Assembly: GCA_964601975.1 (NCBI GenBank)
Contig: CAZRPW010000004.1
Coordinates: forward strand, 18,050-82,049
Source of the DNA: an uncultured Bacteroides sp.
Lineage (GTDB): Bacteria > Bacteroidota > Bacteroidia > Bacteroidales > GCA-2748055
Length of the DNA stretch: 64,000 nucleotides
Direction of reading: 5' to 3'
Position numbers and translations under genes: made by a program. This document shows positions 37,504 through 46,859 of this stretch, in pieces (position 1 is the first letter of the stretch; each line of letters opens with the position of its first letter). Under the pieces are notes generated by a model, which ran no database searches, was not told where the DNA came from, and saw only the letters and a program-made list of their open reading frames with translations.

Positions 37504-38868
37504 ATGAAAAAAGTGACTAAAAGAGTATTGTGGATCCTGTTGGTAGTAATCTTCATAGGGATAAGCTGGTTTGTTTGGCCCAGGCTGCCCATTATTACAG
37601 CCTTTGCTGCAAAGGGAATGTGTTCAAGTGTATTCCTTGCGGATAAGACACCCGAAAGAGTGATGGCCGAAGACCTGTCTTTCTTTCCCATCAGCGTTGC
37701 AAAATGCAAGGTCGACTATGAGGAAAAGTCGGTCACAGCAACGGCACTTGGACTGGCAAAAAGGAAGGCTGTTTACAGGGAAGGCCTGGGGGCTGTGCTG
37801 GTACTGGATCAGCCCGAGGAAGAGTTAAGGGCCCGGTCTTTTATAATTCCTGATCCCGGCTATAGTCAGGATACGGTTCCCTGGCCCCTGGGCGATGTGA
37901 TGCCAACATCTGCAATCGCCGGAGTGGATTATTCGAAACTGGAAAGTATATTAGAGGGCGCTGTGGATGCCCCGGGTACCGAGCCCCTGAAGAAAACCCT
38001 GGGTGTGGCTGTGGTCTATGACAACCAGCTCATTGCTGAGCGCTACCTGGATGGTTATGATGCGTGGACCAGGTTTCATGGCTGGTCTATGACCAAAACA
38101 GTTACGGGAGCCATGGCAGGAGCCCTGGTGAATGAAGGAAGGCTGGATATGAAAGCCACTGCAGATATCCCGGAGTGGGCAGGCGACGAGCGTAAAAATA
38201 TTACGGTAGAGAATATCTTTCACATGAGTAGCGGACTCGATTGGCTGGAGAACTATTTTACAATTTCAGAGGCGACTGTGATGCTGATGCAGAGCGATGA
38301 TATGTTTTCGTCGGTAGTCACCTGTGATCTGGCCCATGAGCCCGGATCTTTCTGGAACTACTCTTCAGGCGATGCCAATCTTTTATCGGGACTGATTCGG
38401 AAAGCAATTGGCGATGAGGATGAGTATGTGGGTTATGCCTATACCAGGCTCTTTCACCGGATAGGGATGCTGAATACGCTTGTGGAGACCGACGCAAGCG
38501 GCCTCTTTGTGGCATCGTCTTATAGCTACGGATCGACCCGTGATTGGGCCAGGTTCGGAATGCTCTTTCTGAACAACGGAATCTTCGAAGGTGATACAGT
38601 TCTGAGACCTGAGTGGGTGGAGTATATGAAATCTCCGGCCCCGGCATCAGATGGCCATTATGCAGGCACATTCTGGTTACAGGAACCCAACCCGGAGAAT
38701 GCGCTGACAGATGTGCCGGATGATATCTTTTTTGCGGACGGCTTTCTTGGGCAGCGGGTTTACATAATTCCCTCCAAAAAGCTGGTTGTTGTGCGCATGG
38801 GATACAGTTTGGCCGATATCAGCATGAATGACCTGCTGCGAGAGATCATTGCCACCCTGCCGGCGTAG
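37504..38868 (+). CDS. Serine hydrolase, class C beta-lactamase/AmpC-like family
   Basis: N-terminal TM; SxxK (WSMTKT), HMSSGL, WNYSSG, DWARFG, ADGFLGQRVYIIP. Confidence 0.88.
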   Translation: MKKVTKRVLWILLVVIFIGISWFVWPRLPIITAFAAKGMCSSVFLADKTPERVMAEDLSFFPISVAKCKVDYEEKSVTATALGLAKRKAVYREGLGAVLVLDQPEEELRARSFIIPDPGYSQDTVPWPLGDVMPTSAIAGVDYSKLESILEGAVDAPGTEPLKKTLGVAVVYDNQLIAERYLDGYDAWTRFHGWSMTKTVTGAMAGALVNEGRLDMKATADIPEWAGDERKNITVENIFHMSSGLDWLENYFTISEATVMLMQSDDMFSSVVTCDLAHEPGSFWNYSSGDANLLSGLIRKAIGDEDEYVGYAYTRLFHRIGMLNTLVETDASGLFVASSYSYGSTRDWARFGMLFLNNGIFEGDTVLRPEWVEYMKSPAPASDGHYAGTFWLQEPNPENALTDVPDDIFFADGFLGQRVYIIPSKKLVVVRMGYSLADISMNDLLREIIATLPA

Positions 38869-38911
38869 ATTTCAAAATATTCATTATTTTGCCCGTGGAA
38901 ATTTATTGTTA

Positions 38912-40684
38912 ATGAAAAAGGTACCCCCTATAAGCATTGCTGGTTTTTCCGGATTAGCCCTTGTGTTGTCATTCCTTTTCTATTATTTAAAGCAGGTTGA
39001 TATCTCCCTGATTTACTACTGGCAGCAGACCATTCCTTTGTCTGTTAGTGAATCTTTGAGAACTCCGGGAGGAATATCAGAACTACTGGCAGACAAAGTC
39101 CTGGAACATATTTCCCTGCCTTTTACGGGTTTCTTGCTTGTGTCCCTTCTTGTGCTTATTGTCTTTTTCTCGCTGAGAGGGATTTTCAGGGATGTAAAGA
39201 GCAACCCGCTTTTTTATCCCCTCCTGCTTGCAGCCCTGGTGCCTTTCATTGTGTTATTTGCACACCTCAGGCTGCCTTTCGAGCTGGTTACAAGTTTAAC
39301 ATTGGGGCTTTTGCTGGCATGGGCTCACAGCTATTATGTTCCCCGCAAGCTGATGGTCAGGTTTCCTGTCAATTTCATCTCGGCTATCATTGTATATCTT
39401 ATTTCCGGAATTCCGGGACTCTTGATATTTGTACAGGTTCTTTTCATCAGGTATGTATTTGCCCGGAAGTATCTGGACCTGCTTTCTATACTTCCGCTGC
39501 TGCTCATCCCATTGCTCTATCTTCCTCTTAACCTTTCTGTCACTTTAAGGCAGGCCTACCTCGGTACATTAATTGTTCCGGGATATGGTGAAATTCCCAC
39601 GGTTTTTTATCTGAGCATGCTTTCACCCTTATGCTTGTTCCTGGTACATTTAGCGACGTCCCCTGTTTTCTCGAAATTTCCGCTGAAGCGATCCGTTTTG
39701 ATTTCGGCAGGCGGCATTTTTATTGTACTGGGCGCTTTGTTCTATTCATCCAGGGCCAGTTATGATGAGAAAGTTGTGAGTCAATATCAAACCCTTGTGG
39801 CAAGTTTCAACAAAGACTGGGATAAGGTAATTCAACTATCTAAGGAGGCAGGTACTATCAATAACCTTGTGCAGACTAAAGTGAACCAGGCTCTTTATGG
39901 GCAGGAGCGCTTACTGGACGACATGTTCATATATCCCCAGCAATTTGGGGTGAATGGTATTTTTCTGGATGGGATGTTTTCAAGTCTTGTGGCCATTCAC
40001 AACGCAGATTTTTATTATAATCTTGGATATGCACTCGAAACCAGGCACTGGGCTACTGAGGCCCAAATGACCCTGTTCAGGCATCCCATAGTGCTGAAAC
40101 AACTGGTGATGTCCTATATAGCCATCGGGCAGGAAGAGGCTGCTCTGAAGTATTTGCGGGTATTGGCAGGCTCGAGGAAGTACAGGGAGTGGTGTGATCA
40201 CGTATATGCTATGCTGGAGGCCGATCGGGCAGGGGACGATCCGGATATAAAATTCTTCAGGAGTAATAATCCTGAAGTTGATTTTTTTGCCGAAACCAAA
40301 GATCCTGTTCGGAAACTCTCACGCTTTTATAGCAGTAACCACGATAACAAGATGGCTTTTGAATTCCTTGTGGCAGGTCATTTATTGAAACACAATGTGG
40401 GTGCTTTGATAAAACTACTTCCTGATTTTAAAAGCCATGGATATGACAAATTTCCAAGGGCCGTTGAAGAAGCGCTGATGATCTACGTGGCAAGAACGGG
40501 AGACCCGGATAAGTTTCTGAGTGCCTATACAATTAGTTCAGGGACCCTGGAAAGGTTTAAAGACTTCAGCTCGCTGATATCAAATGTTGAAAGCAGGTCG
40601 GAGCGAATGAGAAAAGTATCCAAATACAAGGACACCTATTGGTATTATATATTATTCAGCAGCCCTTATGCTACAAAAAAATAG
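38912..40684 (+). CDS. DUF6057-like protein: N-terminal multi-TM region plus C-terminal helical/TPR-like domain
   Basis: About 8-9 TMs including TPGGISELLA, then a soluble domain (LLDDMF.YPQ, YL..LAGS.KYREW, MAFEFLVAG.LL, YKDTYWYY). Start moved to ATG 38912; family name is from recall. Confidence 0.7.
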   Translation: MKKVPPISIAGFSGLALVLSFLFYYLKQVDISLIYYWQQTIPLSVSESLRTPGGISELLADKVLEHISLPFTGFLLVSLLVLIVFFSLRGIFRDVKSNPLFYPLLLAALVPFIVLFAHLRLPFELVTSLTLGLLLAWAHSYYVPRKLMVRFPVNFISAIIVYLISGIPGLLIFVQVLFIRYVFARKYLDLLSILPLLLIPLLYLPLNLSVTLRQAYLGTLIVPGYGEIPTVFYLSMLSPLCLFLVHLATSPVFSKFPLKRSVLISAGGIFIVLGALFYSSRASYDEKVVSQYQTLVASFNKDWDKVIQLSKEAGTINNLVQTKVNQALYGQERLLDDMFIYPQQFGVNGIFLDGMFSSLVAIHNADFYYNLGYALETRHWATEAQMTLFRHPIVLKQLVMSYIAIGQEEAALKYLRVLAGSRKYREWCDHVYAMLEADRAGDDPDIKFFRSNNPEVDFFAETKDPVRKLSRFYSSNHDNKMAFEFLVAGHLLKHNVGALIKLLPDFKSHGYDKFPRAVEEALMIYVARTGDPDKFLSAYTISSGTLERFKDFSSLISNVESRSERMRKVSKYKDTYWYYILFSSPYATKK

Positions 40685-42206
40685 CCTGATATTACTTTCC
40701 CTGCTCTCACTGATGGTGGCTTGTAAGCCCACTCCGGGTGATTTTATGCAGGCTGACGAAGCTCTGGAAATCTATCCGGATTATACTTCTGTCATCGTTC
40801 CGCCAAACATTGCACCTCTGAATTTCCAGATTTTAAATACAGGGGATCTCTTTGTTGCAGAAATCATAAACAGCCAGGGCAGTCGCTTATCTGTTAAAAG
40901 CCAGGACGGGAGCATTGTTTTCCCTTTGAAAAGATGGAAAAGGCTGCTGGCAGAGGACAGGGGAGGCGTCCTTACGCTTTCTGTTTACAGAAAAAGCAAA
41001 GAGGCAGATTGGGAGGCTTTGCCTGCAGTCGAGAACAGGATCTCAGAAGAAGAGATTGATCCCTATATAGCATTCAGGAAAATTCCCCCTGCAAATATTG
41101 TATGGGCAGAGTTGGGAATTTATCAACGCTGCCTGGAAAGCTTTGAAGTAAAGCCGATTATGGTAAATGCCGTGACTGAAAATAACTGCATGAATTGCCA
41201 CACTTTTAATGCAGGTGACCCCGAACAAATGTTATTTCATATGCGTGGCCCCTACGGGGGAACCTTGATAAGCAATGGGGACGAAGTTTCTTTTGTGGAT
41301 ACAAAAAGCGATCATACCCGGGGGGCAGGTGCTTATGCCTCCTGGCACCCCGATGGTGACTTGATTGCCTTTTCGGTGAACAGTATCAGTCAGTCTTTCC
41401 ACTCCAGGATTGGGAAGCTCTGCTACGTGGTGGATAAGTATTCGGATATTGTGCTACTTGATCTGAAAAACAACCGCATTACCAGGCCGGCTGAACTGGC
41501 CACGGATAAACTTGAAAACCTTCCTTCCTGGTCTGTGGATGGGAAAAGTATGTATTATATCCTTGCCGACAAAGGGGATGATGCCAGGCCCTACTTTGAA
41601 AAGCTTTATAACCTGATGCAAATTGATTTTGATGTAGACACCCGAAGCTTTGGTTCGTCGGATACCTTGATCAGTGCAAGTGAATTCGGGAAGAGCATCT
41701 CTCACCCGAGAGAGTCTCCCACGAAAGAACTCATATCTTTCATCGGAGTGGATTATGGATACTTCTCAATTTATAACAAGGAGGCAGATGTCTTTCTATT
41801 CAACAAAAAAACCAGGGAAATTACAAAGCCCGGGATAAATTCCGAATTCACCGAAAGTTATCCAAGCTGGTCAACCAATGGTTCCTGGCTTATGTTTGTG
41901 AGTAAGCGTGACGACGGGCTTTTCTCTGAGGTCTGGTTCAGCCATATTGATGCTGATGGTCAGGCTGGCAAACCTTTTGTGATGCCCCAAAAGGACCCGT
42001 GTTTCTACAAGGACTACCTCTACAACTACAACCGACCCGAGTTTATTTCCGGGGAAGTGGACTGGAATCCCAGAAAGGTGTTGTCTGTTGCCAAAACAGG
42101 GGCCGAACCCAGCTCTTTCAACAAGGAGGCAAGTGTGAGTGTTAGCACCGGAGCCACCACTTTGGCTGATCCTGGGGCTGAGGGAGCGCATTATCATCAC
42201 GATTAA
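40668..42206 (+). CDS. TolB-like/PD40 beta-propeller lipoprotein with a CXXCH motif
   Basis: Lipobox MVAC; IYPDYT.V.VPPNIAPLNF; NCMNCHTF; repeats YASWHPDG, LPSWS.DG, SYPSWS.NG.WLMF.SKR.DG; overlaps the upstream gene by 17 bp. Confidence 0.82.
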   Translation: MLQKNSLILLSLLSLMVACKPTPGDFMQADEALEIYPDYTSVIVPPNIAPLNFQILNTGDLFVAEIINSQGSRLSVKSQDGSIVFPLKRWKRLLAEDRGGVLTLSVYRKSKEADWEALPAVENRISEEEIDPYIAFRKIPPANIVWAELGIYQRCLESFEVKPIMVNAVTENNCMNCHTFNAGDPEQMLFHMRGPYGGTLISNGDEVSFVDTKSDHTRGAGAYASWHPDGDLIAFSVNSISQSFHSRIGKLCYVVDKYSDIVLLDLKNNRITRPAELATDKLENLPSWSVDGKSMYYILADKGDDARPYFEKLYNLMQIDFDVDTRSFGSSDTLISASEFGKSISHPRESPTKELISFIGVDYGYFSIYNKEADVFLFNKKTREITKPGINSEFTESYPSWSTNGSWLMFVSKRDDGLFSEVWFSHIDADGQAGKPFVMPQKDPCFYKDYLYNYNRPEFISGEVDWNPRKVLSVAKTGAEPSSFNKEASVSVSTGATTLADPGAEGAHYHHD

Positions 42207-42254
42207 TACAAGCGTTTTAATATTCTGTTAAGATATTTGGTGGCCAAATAGGTC

Positions 42255-42262
42255 TAAGTTTG
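42255..42262 (+). promoter_or_regulatory. -7 box (TAAGTTTG) in front of the gene remnant
   Basis: Exact TAnnTTTG match 22 nt upstream of ATG 42285. Confidence 0.45.
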
Positions 42263-42284
42263 ATTTTTATAAATCCATTGACCT

Positions 42285-42505
42285 ATGCAATTTTCATTCA
42301 GAGGTATAAATCCCAAAATACTCCTGTTTCTGACAATCATTGGCTTGAGTGGGTTTTCAGCTAAGCTAAGCTCTCCAGCCACCAGAGCCATACTGTAAGC
42401 CGGGATTGCAGAAATGTAAATGGCGATCTAGTCCAGGATGGCACATACATATTACAGGTAGAGAGCGAATCAAAATCATCCCGCACGATGATTATCAGGG
42501 AGTAG
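42285..42505 (+). pseudogene. Doubly deleted, frameshifted remnant of a DUF2271-PKD-T9SS gene (paralog of 54413..55414)
   Basis: Frame A from ATG 42285 gives MQFSFRGINPKILLFLTIIGLSGFSAK. Frame B from 42365 gives AKLSSHQSHTVSRDCRNVNGDLVQDG (20/26 identical to ATLSSHQTHSVTWDCRNVNGDLVPDG), then TYILQVESESKSSRTMIIRE* (12/20 identical to the paralog's last 20 aa). Confidence 0.85.
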
Positions 42506-42530
42506 TACTTCCGGGCTTCCGGTAAAAAAG

Positions 42531-42538
42531 TACCTTTG
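42531..42538 (+). promoter_or_regulatory. -7 box (TACCTTTG) for the flavoprotein gene
   Basis: Exact TAnnTTTG match 6 nt before ATG 42545. Confidence 0.5.
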
Positions 42539-42544
42539 CCTGGC

Positions 42545-43774
42545 ATGGAAGAATTTGATGTTATAGTCGTGGGTGCGGGTCCGGCCGGTCTTCTTGCCGC
42601 GGGAAGTGCTGCGGAAAGCGGAAGCCGGGTACTTGTCCTGGAAAAGATGCGACAGGAAGGAAGGAAACTGCTGATTACCGGAAAGGGTCGCTGCAATGTT
42701 ACCAATGCTGCAGACGTGGGTGAATTTATTAAACATGTCTATCCCAATGGCCGTTTTCTTCGCAGTGCTTTCGGGCATTTCTTTTCTGATGAAATACTTC
42801 AGCTTCTTCGGCGCTATGGAGTGGAAACCACCTGCGAAAGGGGTGGCCGCTATTTCCCCGCCAGCAATAAATCGGCCGATGTCTTATCCGCCCTTTTAAA
42901 ATGGCTAAAGGAGTTGAATGTTGAGATTCGCTGTGGAGAGCGTGTGGAAAAATTACTTATCGAAGCGCAAAGTATAAAGGGGGTACAGTCCAACGGGAAG
43001 TCGATCCGTACCCCAAAGGTTATCCTGGCCACCGGGGGTAAATCCTATCCGGCCACCGGATCCAACGGGGAAGGCTACGAATTGGCCCGAACGGCCGGGC
43101 ATAGCATAGTGCATGTGAGGCCTTCACTTGTCCCCCTGGAAACCGGGGGGAGGGTAGCCCAGAGCCTCCAGGGCCTCAACCTTAAAAATGTGCAGGCCAC
43201 TGTGTGGGTGGATGGGAAAAAGAAAGGAGAGGATTTTGGAGAAATGATCTTCACCCATTTTGGTTTGTCAGGCCCCATTATTCTTACCCTCAGCAGGTTG
43301 GTGGTGGATGCCATGCATCAGAAGAGCAAGGTTGAAGTTTCAATTGACCTGAAGCCTGCCCTTGATGAACAGAAACTGGATGCGAGGTTGCTGCGGGATT
43401 TGGATGAAGCAGGGAAGAAGCAAATTGTCAACTTGTTTAAGAACTGGCTGCCCGCTTCCATGATCCCGGTTTTCCTGGAGGTCTTAAAAATTGACCCGGA
43501 GAAAGAGGGTCACCAGGTATCGGCCAAAGAGCGCAGGAAAATCAGGAACCTCATGAAAGATTTTCGTTTTACAATCACTGCGCATCGCTCCTTTAAAGAA
43601 GCCATCATCACAGCAGGAGGGGTCTCAACTTCTGAGATCTCACCAAAAACCATGGAATCCAAACTGATGCCTGGATTGTTCTTTGCAGGAGAGATAATCG
43701 ACGTAGATGCCGAAACGGGTGGCTATAACCTCCAGATCGCCTATTCCACAGGCTGGCTTGCCGGGAAAGCTTAG
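42545..43774 (+). CDS. HI0933/BaiN-family FAD-dependent oxidoreductase
   Basis: VVGAGPAGL, GRKLLITGKGRCNVTN, LATGGKSYP.TGSNGEG, FTHFGLSGP, TAGGV, TGGYNLQIAYSTG. Confidence 0.93.
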   Translation: MEEFDVIVVGAGPAGLLAAGSAAESGSRVLVLEKMRQEGRKLLITGKGRCNVTNAADVGEFIKHVYPNGRFLRSAFGHFFSDEILQLLRRYGVETTCERGGRYFPASNKSADVLSALLKWLKELNVEIRCGERVEKLLIEAQSIKGVQSNGKSIRTPKVILATGGKSYPATGSNGEGYELARTAGHSIVHVRPSLVPLETGGRVAQSLQGLNLKNVQATVWVDGKKKGEDFGEMIFTHFGLSGPIILTLSRLVVDAMHQKSKVEVSIDLKPALDEQKLDARLLRDLDEAGKKQIVNLFKNWLPASMIPVFLEVLKIDPEKEGHQVSAKERRKIRNLMKDFRFTITAHRSFKEAIITAGGVSTSEISPKTMESKLMPGLFFAGEIIDVDAETGGYNLQIAYSTGWLAGKA

Positions 43775-43851
43775 GTTTCTCAGTTTTTGTGATATTTCTA
43801 ATTCTTTATTCCATAGCTTGCTTCCCTAAACGATTTTTCAATCAGTTTTTT

Positions 43852-44697
43852 ATGGGTAAAATATCCAGATTATCGTCTCATGTCAGTTCCGGAGCTTCAA
43901 CCGGGAAATACTACAGCTCAATGAACAATGCACTGTTGAGGCTGAATAATGAATATACCATGTTGCATTATCCGCTCTATGGATCGGATAAAGATAGCTT
44001 CCTGGACTCGCAGATGAATCTGACCGATTATTGCATGTCTTTGTTGCCTTCTGTCAAGAATAAATCCTTGCTTGAAGTGGGATGTGGGAACGGAGTTCAG
44101 GCTATATATATCCTTGAGAAATATGCTCCAGGTTCTTTCAAGGCCATAGACCTGAACCAGGGCAACATTGATATTGCAAAGAAAGAGTCAGAAAAGATGG
44201 GTGATAAGCGTTTGAATTTCGCTGTCGATGATGCACATCATCTTTCCACAATTGAAGAAAACTCCCTTGATTTTGTAATCGCTATTGAAAGTGCTTTTCA
44301 TTACCCGGATAAATCCTCCTTTATAAAGCAGGTAAACCGTGTGCTGAAGCCTGGAGGGTCTTTCCTGATTGCGGATATCCTGACTACAAGTAGTGGCGGG
44401 AACAGCTTGAAAAATTCATGGAAGAGAAAAATGTCTTTCTTTCACTGGCCTTTAAAAAGCTATGAAGCCGAGCTTCAGTCGGCAAATTTCAAGTCACTTA
44501 AGATCACAGATATCACGCCGGATGTCATACGGGGTTTCAGAGCCTACAGACGATGGCTAAAAGATATGAAGAAGCAGCATTTCCTGGAGGATCTGAGCCT
44601 GAAATTATACTATACAATTCATGTAAGGATCAATATCTATTTATTAAAAACAAGACGTCAATACTGTGTTTTTGTTGGCAGCAAAGCAGAATTTTAA
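43852..44697 (+). CDS. Class I SAM-dependent methyltransferase (small-molecule type)
   Basis: LLEVGCGNG, IDLN, VDDAH.L, DFVIAIESAFHYPD, RVLKPGG.FLIAD; start moved to ATG 43852. Confidence 0.88.
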   Translation: MGKISRLSSHVSSGASTGKYYSSMNNALLRLNNEYTMLHYPLYGSDKDSFLDSQMNLTDYCMSLLPSVKNKSLLEVGCGNGVQAIYILEKYAPGSFKAIDLNQGNIDIAKKESEKMGDKRLNFAVDDAHHLSTIEENSLDFVIAIESAFHYPDKSSFIKQVNRVLKPGGSFLIADILTTSSGGNSLKNSWKRKMSFFHWPLKSYEAELQSANFKSLKITDITPDVIRGFRAYRRWLKDMKKQHFLEDLSLKLYYTIHVRINIYLLKTRRQYCVFVGSKAEF

Positions 44698-44710
44698 TTC
44701 CATACGGAAT

Positions 44711-45148
44711 CTATGCGCTCAGTAAAAAGATAATCATGGCTGCAGTGAATATTAGCATGAAGCTAATAATCATGATACCCAGTGTTTTTGAATAACCCTT
44801 AGGAGTTATCTGGCCCTGTCTGTCGAGGGCTCTGATCGCCGGGTGTAATCTCCAGAAGTAGGTAAGGATGGTAAGAATCAGCGCGATCACACTGTACAGC
44901 TTCGTGGTATTGTCACCGGTGATCAGGATCACAATCAGCAGTGCAATGAAGATAATCTTTGTCCCCGCAACCCAGTTAATCAGGTATCTAAGCAGTGCGT
45001 GTACCTCGGGGTCTTTCTTCGATTTTTCATAGGCATCAAAGACTCCCATCCCGTTTCCCATGCGGGTACCCGGAGTGAAATAGAGCATTATAACATTTGA
45101 GGTTTCCAAAACCAGGAATACGATAATTGCAATTGACAGGATATTCAT
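44711..45148 (-). CDS. Hypothetical 4-TM membrane protein
   Basis: Four hydrophobic segments; start at ATG 45148 because the longer track ORF would overlap glnA. Confidence 0.7.
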   Translation of the reverse strand: MNILSIAIIVFLVLETSNVIMLYFTPGTRMGNGMGVFDAYEKSKKDPEVHALLRYLINWVAGTKIIFIALLIVILITGDNTTKLYSVIALILTILTYFWRLHPAIRALDRQGQITPKGYSKTLGIMIISFMLIFTAAMIIFLLSA

Positions 45149-45274
45149 AAAGCCAAAGTTGCAAAAAAAAACAGGGATTGGAAATGATGTTGGGAAGCAG
45201 ATACTGCAGTGATATTCTTTGTTCGAATAATATCTAATTTCACAGGCACTTAAATAAACAAGGAGGGCATTACA

Positions 45275-46780
45275 ATGAGAGATTTGGAAGTGTTGATGAA
45301 TCCGAACACGATGGTAAAACATCTTCAGAAACCGGCTAATGAGTTTACTAAATACGATATTATCAAATTCATTGATGATCATCAAATTGAAATGCTCAAC
45401 TTCCGTTATGTGGGTGAGGATGGAAAGTTGAAAACGCTCAATTTTGTTATTACCAGTAAGGATTATCTGGAGTCCATCCTGTCGACAGGAGAGCGTGTCG
45501 ACGGATCAAGCCTGTTTTCCCATATCGAAGCGGAATCCAGCGATTTGTATGTTATTCCCAGGTTTCGGACTGCATTTGTAAATCCTTTTACCGAGCAGCC
45601 AAGCCTGGATATCCTATGCTCCTTTTACACAAAAGACGGAAAAGCCCTTGAGAGTGCTCCTGAGTATATCCTTAGAAAAGCATCCAGAGTGTTTTCAGCA
45701 GAAACAGGTTATATTTTCAAGGCGATGGGTGAATTAGAGTATTATATAATCAGTGATAAAAAGGATCTGTATCCTGCAAAGGATCAGAGAGGATATCACA
45801 CCTCAGCTCCTTTTGCCAATTGGGAATGCCTGAGATTAGAGGCCCTGCAGATTATTGCACAGTGTGGCGGGAAGGTGAAGTATGGCCATTCTGAAGTTGG
45901 AAACTTCACTACTGAGACTCAAATGTTCGAGCAGCACGAGATAGAGTTTAATCCGGTAGATGCAGAAGAAGCGGTTGAGCAACTTATAATTGCAAAATGG
46001 ATATTGAGAATGCTCGGGAAGAAGTATGGCGTAACCATCAGTTTTGCTCCAAAAATCACAGTCGGGAAGGCGGGCAGTGGCCTACATATACACTTCCTTG
46101 CTGAGAAGGATGGAAGGAATCTGATGGCTGATGATCTGGGTCTTACTGATATTGCGAAAAAAATGATAGCAGGTATTTTAGATAAGGCCCAGTCATTAAC
46201 CGCTTTTGGAAATACGATACCCACTTCCTACCTGAGGCTGGTTCCGCACCAGGAGGCACCTACCATGGTGTGCTGGGGCGACAGCAACCGATCTGTCCTG
46301 GTTCGTGTTCCCTTGGGATGGATAGCCAAGACCAATATGATTAAGGATGCAAATCCCCAGGAAAGAGGATATGTCCCGTATATCCCGGGAAAGCAGACTG
46401 TCGAATTCAGGGTACCCGATGGTTCGGCCGATATATATCACCTGATGGCCGCCATGATTCTGGCTGCAAAAGAGGGCCTGCTTTCTAAGAATTCTTTGCT
46501 CAGGGCCGATGAATTATATACAAGTGTCAATATTTTTAATCCTCAACACAAAGATGTTCTGGATCGCTTGAGTGCCTTGCCTGCCTCTTGTGCTGCTTCT
46601 GCTGAATACCTTAAAAAGGATGCCGGTTTTTATATGCGGGACGGAGTGTTTCCACAAGGTACCATTGAAAGCATCATAAGCAAGTTGAGCGCTTATGACG
46701 ATCAGTCCTTAAGCGAGCGATTATTTAATAAGACGGATGAAACAGAAAAGCTGGTTGAGCAGTATATTCATTGTATGTAA
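45275..46780 (+). CDS. glnA: Glutamine synthetase family protein (type I-like)
   Basis: DGSSL, GELEYY, GHSEV...QHEIE, GSGLHIHF, WGDSNRS.LVRVP, VEFRVPD. Confidence 0.85.
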   Translation: MRDLEVLMNPNTMVKHLQKPANEFTKYDIIKFIDDHQIEMLNFRYVGEDGKLKTLNFVITSKDYLESILSTGERVDGSSLFSHIEAESSDLYVIPRFRTAFVNPFTEQPSLDILCSFYTKDGKALESAPEYILRKASRVFSAETGYIFKAMGELEYYIISDKKDLYPAKDQRGYHTSAPFANWECLRLEALQIIAQCGGKVKYGHSEVGNFTTETQMFEQHEIEFNPVDAEEAVEQLIIAKWILRMLGKKYGVTISFAPKITVGKAGSGLHIHFLAEKDGRNLMADDLGLTDIAKKMIAGILDKAQSLTAFGNTIPTSYLRLVPHQEAPTMVCWGDSNRSVLVRVPLGWIAKTNMIKDANPQERGYVPYIPGKQTVEFRVPDGSADIYHLMAAMILAAKEGLLSKNSLLRADELYTSVNIFNPQHKDVLDRLSALPASCAASAEYLKKDAGFYMRDGVFPQGTIESIISKLSAYDDQSLSERLFNKTDETEKLVEQYIHCM

Positions 46781-46859
46781 AAGGATGATGAGGGCTTTAG
46801 GAAATTGCTAACTTGCATTAGTTTCACAAATTCTAACATTGTTTATTAAGTATACTTCC

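Noticed and set aside
45149-45385. Long N-terminal extension of the 44711 membrane protein
   Set aside because: It would overlap the glnA start and its RBS in antisense; ATG 45148 gives a coherent 4-TM protein.
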